Origin: Cirrosporium novae-zelandiae
Taxonomy: Eukaryota
Assembly: GCA_026023565.1 (NCBI GenBank)
Contig: JAPETS010000052.1
Coordinates: 1-64,000, forward strand
Reading direction: 5' to 3'
DNA: 64,000 nt
Below, piece by piece: positions 1 through 11,819 of this stretch (the stretch's first letter is position 1; every line of letters starts with the position of its first letter). The translations under genes and the position numbers were made by a program. The notes below the pieces were generated by a model that did no database searches, was not told the DNA's origin, and saw nothing but the letters and a program-made list of their open reading frames with translations.

Positions 1-1136
1 CCCCCCCCCCCCTATTGCAGCTGTGGACAGACCATCAGCTATAACGTTTGGAACATTTTTCTTGAGCCGTATTTGGGAACATGGAAAATTGCCATTCCTG
101 GAGGATCCTGGTCCGAGAAATAGAGGAATGGCTTTTCCTTGAGCTTAGGGCTACAGCTCAGCAGGTTGAGGAACTCTCGCGAGGAGCGGCTCGCTTCACC
201 ACGAGTATATTAAGGTTAGTACGGAAGTAGGCAAATAGGGTAAAGAGAATGATGCTCACCATAACTATGATACATCGTTTAAAGATATTGGATTTGGCAC
301 GGGTCACATCGGTGATGCCGTCTTTGATATTGCGATGCTTGGTAACAATAACTGCATCGATACTCTCAGCGGCCTTGAGCTTCTTGTTCTTTCTCGTTGA
401 CACAATCCGTTTCGTTTATCTTATCGGGGTGCTAGTGACTCTGTCCCTGTAATTACACCTATACTGCCATCTCGTTGGGATATTATATATAACCAATAAA
501 GAAGAGGGGTATGTATGCTCTATGCTTCATACACATCCAGTAATGTCTTCTCCAGTCCAAGTTCTTGAAATAGTACAATTTGGCTCTGCGGTTTCAGCAA
601 AGTGTCCCTTTGCGCTACTTTGCGTAAGTATCAGCAGTCATCCACAATGTCAGTACGTAACATACAAGGTTAAAAAGTGTAGAGGGGAGGCTTAGTCGGC
701 GAATGGGCGGGTAGGTCGCTGGGTAACCATGACGACGAGGATAGTAAGGAGGTTGGGCACCAACAACGAGGGGTGAGTGGGGGTCATTAGAGTTTGACTC
801 ATGTTGATAATGTCTTTGATGATAAATTTGAGCTAAATACCGAGAAATCCTGTAGCGGTTACATGAAATTAGCCTCTATTTCAAAGAGGGTAGGCGTGCT
901 TGGATTTTAAAATAGGCTATGCAGCTTCCAACGGTATAACCCGTTCATAGTGGCTAGGACTGAGTAGAGAAGACGAAAAAGTAGCGTCTGGCGTTGAAAA
1001 TGCTGCTGATACTTCTTACCTTTTAGTACACTCTGAACGAGGCTGGTTGCTCTTGGGGAAGAAGAGAATAATCCGAGGGCTGCAATGTTTAGACAACTGC
1101 ATGACTTAACCACTGCATTTCTCCAGAAATAACAAA

Positions 1137-1692
1137 CTAGGCCCTGCGCCTTTTGGTAGATGGTCCACTCTCAGCATCAAGCTTGTCCTCTTTCTTCTTC
1201 CTTCCAGTCTTTCCCTTAACAGGTCCATCACAATCCCCAGAATTAGGAATTGCTTGGCGCTGTGCTTCCGTTTCGTCCATGGTGAAACGATGGAATAAAA
1301 GTGGAAGTACTACCTGTCCCCTTTGCTGGGATCAGGTGATTTCCTCTTGTCTTTTGTTTGGATTCTTCATTGTCTTCGAAACTGCCTTATCGACCTCCAT
1401 TTTGTCCGCGAGAGCTGAATCTACTGTCGAAGATGAACTAATGTATTGTAGCAGAGTAGGGCAGAAACCTTATTCTGCCATAGTATTCATTCTTAGTAGG
1501 TGTGTTCTTGTTGTCGATATTCATGTTATCTTCAGGGATAGACTGTAGCTTGACACAAGAGACAAGAGAGTCTGTGCTTTTAACCTCTTGCTGGTCAACT
1601 TGAGCTTGTGTCTGTAGCCTTTTCTTGGAAGGTTCATCCACTCCTCCATTTAGAGGCACTTCTCTCTTTAAAGATTGTTCTAGTGCTGCCAC
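1137..1692 (-). pseudogene. Possible degenerate gene fragment (charged, low complexity, NLS-like segments)
   Basis: Coding-like segments ALEQSLKREVPLNGGVDEPSKKRLQ and KGKTGRKKEDKLDAESGPSTKRRRA* lie in different frames, separated by stops. No family recognised. Confidence 0.2.
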
Positions 1693-4193
1693 CGTGACAC
1701 AACACTCTCTCCTTGCTCTTCATTGGATCTCAAGTGATAATGTCTGCTTTGGGTGAATAAATCTTTCAATAGAAGTGATTCGTTAGGGTGTAAATCATGA
1801 GTACTTCATATCCAGGAGCCGGTAATGGTTAGAAAAGCTGGAGATATCTGACACTTTGCTTCTTCTTGAGGGCAGAAACCACATAAAACTTTTTTCGCTC
1901 AGTGTCTATTATGGTTGTCTTAGGGGGTTTGTTCATATTTCTTGGTGCCCTTGAAGGCTATTCAGTTATATGGTTGTATAATCATTTTTATAACGTATCT
2001 GTAATAGTTTGCGAGATTCTTGCTCTAGTGGGGACTATGGATAATTACTCACGACGCTGACTTTGCATCACAAGCTTCGGTCTCCACATGTTGAAGTAGC
2101 CCGTTGACCTTAATAAACGTCCTGTCACAATTAGGGCATTCGAGAGGGCAACTGGAGTTGTATGAACGGTAGTTATGGCTCCTGAAATTGCGGAGAGCAT
2201 AAGTAAGGATAAGGCCGTATTATTGGTTGGGATCGAATTGATGCAGAATTTCCCTCAAGCAGCAGACACACACGCTCTACAGGTACCAGGTCATTGGCCA
2301 TCAGCAGAAAAGAAACGCATTTTCAGCGACCTGACATTATACCTAGCAGTTGCCACATGAGGGCTCGTAGCTTGCGTGCCATCTCCGAGAGCCAAAGTAA
2401 CACTTCATCCTTGAGCTAAGGAATAGGAGGAGGAACACTGCTGTTGATAGGATACCACAAAGATTTATCATAGAAATATATAGCTGATATTTATATGATC
2501 AACTTAGTTATTTTGCTCCAAAGGTATATTCCCCAAGAGCTTGTAAGATGTTCTTCAGAAAAGGGAGTGTAATGGAATTTTATATCTTTTGGTTCGACTA
2601 CCCTGCCACACAAAGTGGCCTTCGGGACCTGTAACTATGGCACTTTGCTAAGGCGAGGCAGAACGGCTCCATTCTTAAGATGCTGGCATGTAGTATTGGA
2701 AATTGTGACCGCTTCCGCATATGATATTTCTAGAATTTTGAACGGCAAGTAGATGTGTTGGGTCAAGGATTATAGCCTCTTGAGTAGAGCCAGGAGAATT
2801 TAGTCGAGTATAATATAGTTTTCAATTCCATCCAATAGAGAAGTGTGGGGCACAGAGGAGAGAGTCGGAACACTTTTCTGGATGTTGTAACGGTATAGTA
2901 CTCTTGTGATTAGGTACGAGTCCATTGAAAGCCTCAAGCACATCTAAACCAAGAACGGGACAATTCATCTCGAGTTGGTATGAATGAGGCGGAGTGGTAT
3001 AGTAGAAGGACATGAGAGGACATAACTGAATTGGAGGCACAACCGAAATAAGTTCTCGAGAAGTCTCTTACTAAACAAGAATCATGACAGGGAAAATCAG
3101 ATAAAAGTTTCAAGTCCAAAAGGAGAGGATCTGCCGGCAAGGACAAATTATAAAGCCCAAAGTCACTTTAGTATTTTCATAACAGTCCTTTGTCAATCAA
3201 GGCGAACCACACCTTTTGGAAGCAGGGCGTGAAACTGCCATTTTACTTCTCCAAAATACTAGAAGGGAAATGAAGGGGAATATATAGACAAGATTCGAAA
3301 ACTCTGGTATAAGCATGGCATAGTGAATTATTGAATCAAATTAGCAACCAGCGAAGCCAATTCACATCATCGATGACACTAGCATTGGTAGTGAAAAAAA
3401 AGACATTGAAAGAAACTTAGGTAGCTCTATCATGTAAGTCTAGATCTACCATTCTCACCGCTTTTATATGGATGGATAAGGGAATATATCAACTCCCTAT
3501 ACCATAAAATATTCTGAATTGAACATTATTCACTGAAGTAGCCAACGCTCAGAATGAAAATGAATCAGTTACTAGCCACCTCAATTCCAAAACGATAATA
3601 ACGTGATCCACATCACCACGTCAATGATCCGTAACTACGGTGAGAGTTCTTGGTATAGAAATCGCTGGAGGTTTTCATAACAGTAGAGCTGGATAATCTA
3701 CCGAATATTTGCAAATCGTATCCTGCCAAGTGGATTATCCAAGAAGGTCATAATCGAAATTCGCCACCAAGATGCCTTGTAGTACGAGACTAGTGTAACA
3801 CCATCCATCTCTGAGAAAGTGTGAATAATGTTCTTGGTTTCCCGATTTATCCAATTTTGAACACGCGTTATCTAAGTAGTCCGAGTTCGGTAGTGAATGT
3901 ATTCCTGCAATTATGGTTCGAGACACGTTCCGAAAGCAAACATACATGCTCAGGCATCATCCAGTAGATTTCCTCCTTTTTAGCAACCATGGACAAAGAC
4001 CGAGTGTCTGCAGGACAACTTGCCTGCGGGTTTTGCGGGCTCTCCGAACACGATTTTCGATGAAGCTGCTTATTTTAGCTTCGGCAATTGAAAACGCCTA
4101 AGAAGTGTAGGCTGTGTTCTCGAGCCTGATCAGAGCAAGAATTTTGAATAAAGTAGCGTTGGGTAGGCACGCCTGAAAACGATGAAGCAAGCC

Positions 4194-5678
4194 TCAAAAT
4201 CTACGCTTTTTCTTTTTTGGAGCCTTGACCTGTTCCTCCAACTGTTTTTTAAGTTCCTCTCGTTTGCGGTTGGCCTTGATCTCAGCACTCTCTTCCGGTT
4301 CGGGTGGTTGGTCTGACTCTTGGGGTTTGCCAGTCGGTTTGAGCTCCGTGAACCCACGAGATTGTGCACCCGCATCCTCGGATGGGTCAGGTCGTTTCTT
4401 ACCACCGATGGTGCCCAGACGACTTCTTGGTTTGGGTGATGCCTCTGCATCACTAACGGTTTTCGACATTAATCCATGATTCTGAGGTACATTTACCGGT
4501 TCTAGAGTGAGAGAGTGCTTAATGCTTCTGCCTCCAAGCATTCCAATTTTCCTTTTTGTCGTTTGATCTGGGCCAGGGTTTGATGTGGGGGATGACACAT
4601 CCGCTATCCATATTGCGCCAGTGCCAGTGCCATCCGATGCAGCCGGGCTATGCTTACTTGGAGTACATGTAAAACGTTGTTCGTCTTCACTTTCAGTTGC
4701 ATCATCATCTGTGCCATGTTTTGCGGAATCCGGGGTAGCGGCTGAATTATCCTAGTCATGCGTGTTAGTTAATAAGAATAGACTGGGTGTTCCTTGACAT
4801 GCCTTCAGGCCTTGTTTAGCACGGCTATCATTCCGCGGTGACGACGCCAAAACCTTGTTGCGACCTTGGCCATGAGATTGAGAGAGCTGATGTTTATTAT
4901 CTAGTCGGGTCCACCAATTTAAATCCACACCATTATCCAAATTCAGGTTATCCGGTGTTAAGTTTTGTGGTAAAATACTTTTGACATCCAAATCTCCTGA
5001 TAAGACCAAGGAACTACGATCTGATCGCCGATCGTATCTCTGGAATAACGCAAACCCTTTTACTGAATTCTCAAGAGTCTGACGGGCTGATTGTTTTCGG
5101 CCAACTTTGGCTTTCGAAGCCCCTGGGAATATACTAAGAAGGTCGGTTCCAGATGCTTCCAGTTTATCAAGTAGTTTCCCGATGATATGATCCTTTTCTT
5201 CCAGTCCAACCATCAAAGAATTAATCTCAACCCTTGTAGCATCTTGGGCAGCAAGCGAAGGCATAAGCAGCCCTTCGGAAAATGCGCCGGGAGATGAGCG
5301 CTTGAGATAAAACGACCACTGGAGAGTAGGAAGAGGATGTGGTAAGGTAGTTGATAGAGTAAGCTTCAGGTCCTGTTCATTTTCCCCGGGGCTGAGAGAT
5401 TTCGTGCTTTTTTCGTCTGTAGATTCAATGCCTTCATAAAGTTTCTGTAATAGGATTTTGAATTGCTCTACATCTTCACTAGGATCGATAGCAATTTCAT
5501 TGTTGAGAGCTCTCTTGACGATTTGACGACGATCTAATTGTTCTGTCCAAAGATATACCAAATCTGTCAGACATAAATGATATCCCATGGAAGTAGAATG
5601 ATATTTCACAAATAATTTTGGTTGGTTAGGTAGGCTAGCGACATGCAGAACTCGCCATTGTTGGTCTGCGGTTGCCAT
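4194..5678 (-). CDS. xlf1: XLF/Nej1-like non-homologous end-joining factor; exons 5678-4803 and 4751-4194
   Basis: The N-terminal head domain (LTDLVYLWTEQLDRRQIVKRA, IDPSED, LPHPLPTLQWSF) is followed by a coiled coil (LEEKDHIIGKLLDKLE). The C-terminus KAPKKKKRRF resembles the XLF Ku-binding motif. A 51-nt GC-AG intron (4802-4752, branch ACTAAC) joins the two ORFs in frame. Confidence 0.88.
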
Positions 5679-6123
5679 GGTCAATAGATACTGGGACTTC
5701 AAGAACCAGATGCTTTCGTGTCTAACAATTTATCATTAAAGCTCCCCTACTCATAGTGAGTGATGTGGTTACCTTAGCACCTTGGGAACAATAGCTCAAT
5801 AAGTGATATTCAACGTCGTTAGTAAAGAAATGAGCAACGAAACTGTGGGTTTTGAATTTTCAAGCAGTATAGATCCTGATTATTGTGGTTCCAATAAAGA
5901 CTTTTATAAATAATAAATGATTCATATAGGGTAAGTAAATGGGCTTTACTTACATGTAATTGTTCTGGTGTACCTCGCCACAGCTGCCTAATTAAGGGAA
6001 GAGACGGGATTTCCCGATAATTTGGCCCCACCGACTTCATTCTGCCATGCAGATCTAGGAAGCTTTGGTGCATCATAGCAAACATTCAAATCCAAATCTA
6101 TCAACAGCTCAAACAATCATATA

Positions 6124-8079
6124 ATGTCTTCCGGTAATCGGTCCAACACAGACTCCGAAAGGAAAAGGAGTCGATCAAAGTCCCCTCCTCCCTGGCGCCG
6201 CCCTCAGAAGATTCCTCGACGAAGCGGTCCTTTTCGAGATGAATATCAAGCACGGAGTTCAGGAAATAGGCCTGACGAGAGAAAGAATTACAATTCTTTC
6301 GCTAATGAACAAAAGAGATTGAATCAACTACAAGAAGCTGAACAGATGCGGGAATGGGTTGCTCAAGAAGATCATTTCGTACTGAAGCAAGCCAAGAAGA
6401 AAGCTGAAATCAGAGTCAAGGAAGGTCGTGCAAAGCCCATTGACTGGCTTGCTGTGACACTTCGTGTTATAGACCCTACCCGAGACCCTACAGATGATGA
6501 GATATCTGATTCTGACCTGGACATTGTTGACCCTGAAGGTGTCCTGGAAGATCTTGCAGAAACACAAATATTGGATTTGGAAAAGGACATTGATACCTAT
6601 CTGAAGTTGGAGGTAAACAAGAATAATCATGACTTTTGGGCTGTAAGTCTCCGATACTTCTATTTCTTTTCTTTTCTTACTTGCTGATTTGTTTCGATAG
6701 ACTATGAAAGTAATTTGTCAAGACCGACTAGAGAAATTTCATAAATCTGGGCCTGAAGGTCGAGCTGTGAATTCGGTTTCCGCCGACATTAACCGTCTAC
6801 TGGCCCCAAAGAAATATGAAGAGCTCATGGTACTCGAGAAACAGGTAACTGCAAAGCTACGCTCCGATGGACCCATCGATGTCGATTACTGGGAACAGTT
6901 GTTGCGCAGCCTCAACGTATGGAAGGCGCGTGCGAAGCTGCGCAAAGTTTACCAGTCCATCATCGACAGCCGCCTTGAAGCGCTACGAGATCAACAAAAG
7001 GAGGAAGCTTTCATTGTTCGGGAAAAACTGAGCACAATACTCACAAAACCGGTTACACAGGAGGACGAGATTACGGGATCTGTTGCCGCAGACGCAAATG
7101 CCAATCGTCCAGGAGCGAAAGTCAGGTATTCTAGAGAACTAGACCCAGAACCACTGTTGAAAATACGGAGCGAGGATAAGGGCCTTGAAATTATTGACGA
7201 AAAGGCTTTCCTCGATCGAATTGTAAGTCCAACACCAGACATGTTTGGATGCATGCTAACTTCACATAGAGTTCTGAGAGACAGAAAATCAGAAAGCTAG
7301 GCTATGTTCCGACCCGCCAATTGCAAGGTGAAAGGCCGTCGGAGGTAATTCCTCTAAGGAACCTGAACCCAACGAAGCCTTTGACCGCGAATGACGATTT
7401 CTCGCAAGCGACAAAAGCCCTTTATGAACGAGAAGTAGCTAGGGGAGTAAGCGAGAATGAGGAGATATTTGCTGGAGAAGAAGAGGTACAGACACAATCA
7501 AAGCCTTTGTGGGCAAATAAACATCGTCCCCGAAAACCAAGATACTTCAATCGTGTTCAAATGGGCTATGAATGGAACAAGTACAACCAAACTCATTATG
7601 ATCATGATAATCCACCTCCGAAGGTGGTTCAAGGCTACAAGTTCAATATTTTCTACCCCGACCTAATTGACAAGACGAAAGCTCCTACATATCGAATAGA
7701 ACGCGAAAATGGAAGGAAGCGGGGGCAGTCATTTGCTCCGGCAGGCGAAGAGGATACGTGCCTGATCAGATTCATGTCAGGACCTCCATATGAAGACATC
7801 GCATTTCGAATAGTGGATAAGGAATGGGACTACAGCGCAAAGCGGGAAAGAGGGTTCAAGAGCAGTTTCGACAAGGTGCGTTATCCGAGAATATACTACG
7901 GTAGCCTAACTCAAGTCATGTATTCTTTGTAGTTGGCATGGGCTTTTGGCATTCAAGGTGCTGACTCGTTCTTAGGGCATTTTACAGTTACATTTCCAGT
8001 TCAAAAAGGTATGACAGGCTAGAATTTGTAAAAACGGTACTTACCACTAACTCGGTTCCAGATATACTATAGAAAGTGA
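6124..8079 (+). CDS. CACTIN: Cactin (spliceosomal factor); exons 6124-6642, 6701-7222, 7270-7875, 7976-8008, 8062-8079
   Basis: Cactin mid-domain motif (FVLKQAKKKAEIRVKEGRAKPIDWL) and C-terminal domain (RPRKPRYFNRVQMGYEWNKYNQTHYDHDNPPPKVVQGYKFNIFYPDL ... GPPYEDIAFRIV ... GILQLHFQFKKIYYRK*). Four GT-AG introns with branch sites keep the frame. Confidence 0.96.
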
Positions 8080-9764
8080 TACTCGCGGAGGCTTTCCGAA
8101 ATCTGCCCTCAAGGTACTGGATTGTGGATCATCAACCTCTAGATGCCTTCCCCGATTGGCCGAAGGATTATATGAATCTACTAGATATTTGTAATGGTCA
8201 TAATAGGTCGATGCTGATATCAGTATGGGTAGAAGTTGTCGTTTGCCTGCAACCTCGTCAGGCTCCCCCATCGTTGAATGCAATATGAGAGACGCCACCG
8301 GCTCGGAATGGGGTACCGTACTTCCGCCGAGGGGTGAGGATTGGAGAACTTTTAGGCGTTTAGGGTATTTCATACTACTTGGTATATTTTTTCCAAGCGC
8401 AGGGTCAAGCCTCGTCAATATTGCAATAGCGAGGTGAAGCATCATTAATGACAATTCTCAGGAAACGTTTTGTGGCTATTACATATGATTCGTAAGACAG
8501 CCAACCTTATGACTACTTATGACTCTAGACCATGGTTGCTGCATCCATATTGCCTGGATCATTTAATGCAGGGATCCCCGGCATATCTATCGTCAACTTT
8601 ACTTATCCCCGACAAAACCTTTTCATAGATGGTTAGAAATAGTAAGTACTTTAGTGCCTGATCTTATTTTCACCGCGATTTGAGTACAGCCATAGAAATA
8701 CATCTCCAGGAACCATCGAATCCCAGGGCGTAGGGAGATTATTATCTGCGGGGCTGTCATGCTCGGCGAAGTGCGTTTGAACGAACAAAGAAGTTGCCAT
8801 GGAACCATGGAAATCTCGGATTCATATCTTTGCCCTAAAGAAACATGCAAATATTTCAACCAAAAAAATGTTTACCCAACCCTCTCACAAATACCAACGT
8901 GCTGCCACGGTAGTTGTTGTGGTAAATGACACCCAAAGCGAAGTCGGAGGGGTTTGACAGCGACAGCCCTGTTGGGAAATCACGAGACTTGATTCTAGAA
9001 GAAATCATCTCTTTCTGAGGCTACAGCCCATCCATTTGTTTTTCTGTCTCTTGGCTCTTGTTGGCTGTATTGGAGTAATACAGCCCCATTTTCTTATTGC
9101 CATTGCCGTCAAACTGAGATGATGGCATGCAGTTCCCCGGTTAGCCGTGGCCCATAAAGCCAACGGCGTCACACAGGGATCCTATTAGCCGGGCCGTGCT
9201 CCCCAGAAAGCCCCCCAGCAGCCCAGGGCAAATGCCCGGTGGTGTGCCGCAGATCGATATGAGCATTGGCCGCGGGCTCATGTATTGGCTTTCCCTGAAC
9301 CAGCAAATCTGTCGTCACACAGAAGTTGTTCCCTTTAGCTTCTGCATACTCACTCCAGCCTGCTGCTTCGGAGCAACAGCCGTAACTATGAATCTGCTTC
9401 CTGTCCAAGTCTGTCCAAGCGACCACCATCTCTTGTTTGCTGCCGCTAAGCTGTCTCCAGCGCCATGTCAGTTGGGAAGGCTTCCTAGCATATGCTTATT
9501 ACCTACCGATGCATTGCGCTGTCCTAGTCCTGTGCCCCCTGCAGTGGCATTCTCTACACTTGTGTATTTGCAGATATGATCTAAACTATCCACTTCCGGC
9601 GGAGACTTGCTCAAAAGTTCCTGTGCTTCTCTCCATTCTTCTTCTAGGAATTTGTCCTTCTATCCGTTTCTCCCACTGAAGCGATCCCGTTAGCTTCCCT
9701 AACTGTCTTCATCAGCTCCATTAATCTTTCATTAACATCGCCTGCTTGTCAATCTTCTTCAAAA

Positions 9765-11774
9765 ATGGGAACCAACTTCTTACCTCAAGCAAGCAGATTC
9801 AAGTTTTTGTCAACACCAACTCCAAGACATCAGCAAGCTACTTTCCCAATGTCATCCCATTATGATATGGCTCCTTCGACGACTTGTGAGAGGAACTCAG
9901 AATCTCCAGCACAATATGCGCAATCCAATATCCCTCGAACTCTTCCATCCTATCCAGCTTTCATGCCCCTATCATCATATTCAGATTGTATCAATCAGAA
10001 CGGCCTCAGCGGCCAAAACACCTATCTAGCATCTCCAGATACTCCAAATGGATCTCCAATGTTGAGCAATTCAACCGATCAGCCTTCACCACTATGGCCA
10101 CGCTCGTGTTCAGAAATCTCCTCAAGCCCCATATCTTCACCATATACTTGTCCTCCGTCCATAGGGGATCCTATATGTGCAGGGGAAGACGCCTTCAGCA
10201 GAGATTTGGCTTTCCAGTCCCGAATTCCAGGAACCCCAGATTCAATACCGTACAGCGAACCCAGACGTCCTCTCCAGAGTCTGACAGAAGAAGAATGGAA
10301 GGCGTTGCCACAGACTTCCTTCCCACCACATACGGATCCGAGTGGCTGTGAATACGGTATTGGGCAATCCGATCCGACGAGCTATGAGTTTCAGGACTCT
10401 GGAAATTACCAGCTGACCTCTGGTCCCTATTCGTGCGAACCGCATCTTTTCTCGCGCCAACACCCCCCACAATCTCCAGCTATGTCCGATCTTTCCATGA
10501 CAGCAGCCGGATCCTCAATTTCACCCAGTGTAATGCTTAATTATGATCCCTTGTCTATTCATCTCACCCACGAAGAGGATTCATATGCCTCTTCTTTGAC
10601 CTCCATCCGATCAGAAGCCGAGATGGGGGAGCCAGAGCCACAGCAGCCGCATCAACAGCAGGAAGAAGATGACGGCAACGACCAGCCATACAACCAGCTA
10701 ATCGAAATGGCCCTGCGCTCGCAACCAAACTTCGAAATGCGCCTGCAAGATATCTACAAATGGATCAAAGACAACACGAATAAAGCCAAGGGAAGTACCA
10801 ATGGTTGGCAGAATAGCGTGCGCCACAACCTGTCAATGAACGCGGTATGAGAACTAAAATCCCCCCTTCCCTCCTTCCCCGCAACATCCCAGATCCCAAC
10901 ATCCGTCCATCCCCTTATCTCCCGATACACGAGCCTTTTATTTCAGCCCAAGCCGCGTCCGTTCCAGAACAGGCCCAAAAGGCTACTTCATCTAAAAAAA
11001 GCGAGATCCACCTTCATACCAAACTAAAAAACTAATTTCGCGCCGCAGGCTTTCGAAAAGGTCCTCGATCCGTTACATGCCCCCCGCACTGGTGGCGGCA
11101 GCAAAAAAGCCCCCGTATGGCGCCTCACGCAGCGAGCCGTCGAAGAAGGTGTCAAGTCCACAACGCGCTACCGGAAAAACTGCGCCAACAAGAACGCACG
11201 CCGATCAGATAATCCTGCGCCGCAGCGCCAGCGTTCAGGCGCACGGGGCGGGAAGGCGGCTAAGAAAGCCAATTTGAGACGTAGCGGCCGGGTTGAGGAA
11301 CGCTTTGCTCTTCGGGGTGAGATGGGCGATGGGTTAGGGGAGAGCTTTGGGCAGCATCAGCACCAGCAGCTAAGGAGTGAGAGCTACGAGCAATTGTTTT
11401 CGCTTCCACCTTCATCCGAGCAAGCTATCCAGCATCAACATCATCATCATCATATGCACGCGCCACCGCCGGGACCACCCTCAGGTCCAGCGCCACCCCA
11501 AACTCTCTATACACCTCCCCATCATATCACCTTCTCAGGTCTACCTTCAGAACCAATCCTCCTAAACGAAGACGCCACAGCCGCAAGACATGCCCATCGC
11601 CAGCTTCACCATCATCACCTCGCAAACATGCCTACTCTCAACACGACCACCAGCTCTCTGAATCCTAACCCCTTTGACGATATCGCAGGTATTGTTCCCA
11701 GCTCAAACGAACCCCTGTTCGCCTCGAACGTGGCGTTTGATCATCCCGGCTCCTTACACTATATGGCAGCCTAA
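9765..11774 (+). CDS. Forkhead-box transcription factor; exons 9765-10844 and 11049-11774 (start codon uncertain)
   Basis: Forkhead domain PYNQLIEMAL...MRLQDIYKWIK...GWQNSVRHNLSMNA|AFEKV...VWRLTQRAVEEGVKSTTRYRK is split by a GTATGA...ACTAAT...CAG intron. The flanks are S/P/H/Q-rich. Confidence 0.93.
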
Positions 11775-11819
11775 CTCTGCTATGTGATTAGCCCCTTCAA
11801 CTCGCATTGCTTGGACCTG

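Noticed and set aside
1..1130. Short ORFs at 158-403, 249-452 and 907-1113
   Set aside because: No recognisable domain and no consistent splice model.
2100..4100. Short ORFs with a faint HET-C-terminal-like phrase (LDVLEAFNGL)
   Set aside because: One weak motif with no supporting HET motifs in order.
7875..7975. Cactin intron 3 as a [D1,2] stwintron
   Set aside because: Two-step removal would need a weak GTTGGC donor and would frameshift the conserved C-terminus.
8047..9679. ORFs at 8047-8454 (-), 9196-9579 (+) and neighbours
   Set aside because: No domain similarity. They overlap the cactin 3' end or the forkhead promoter/5' UTR.
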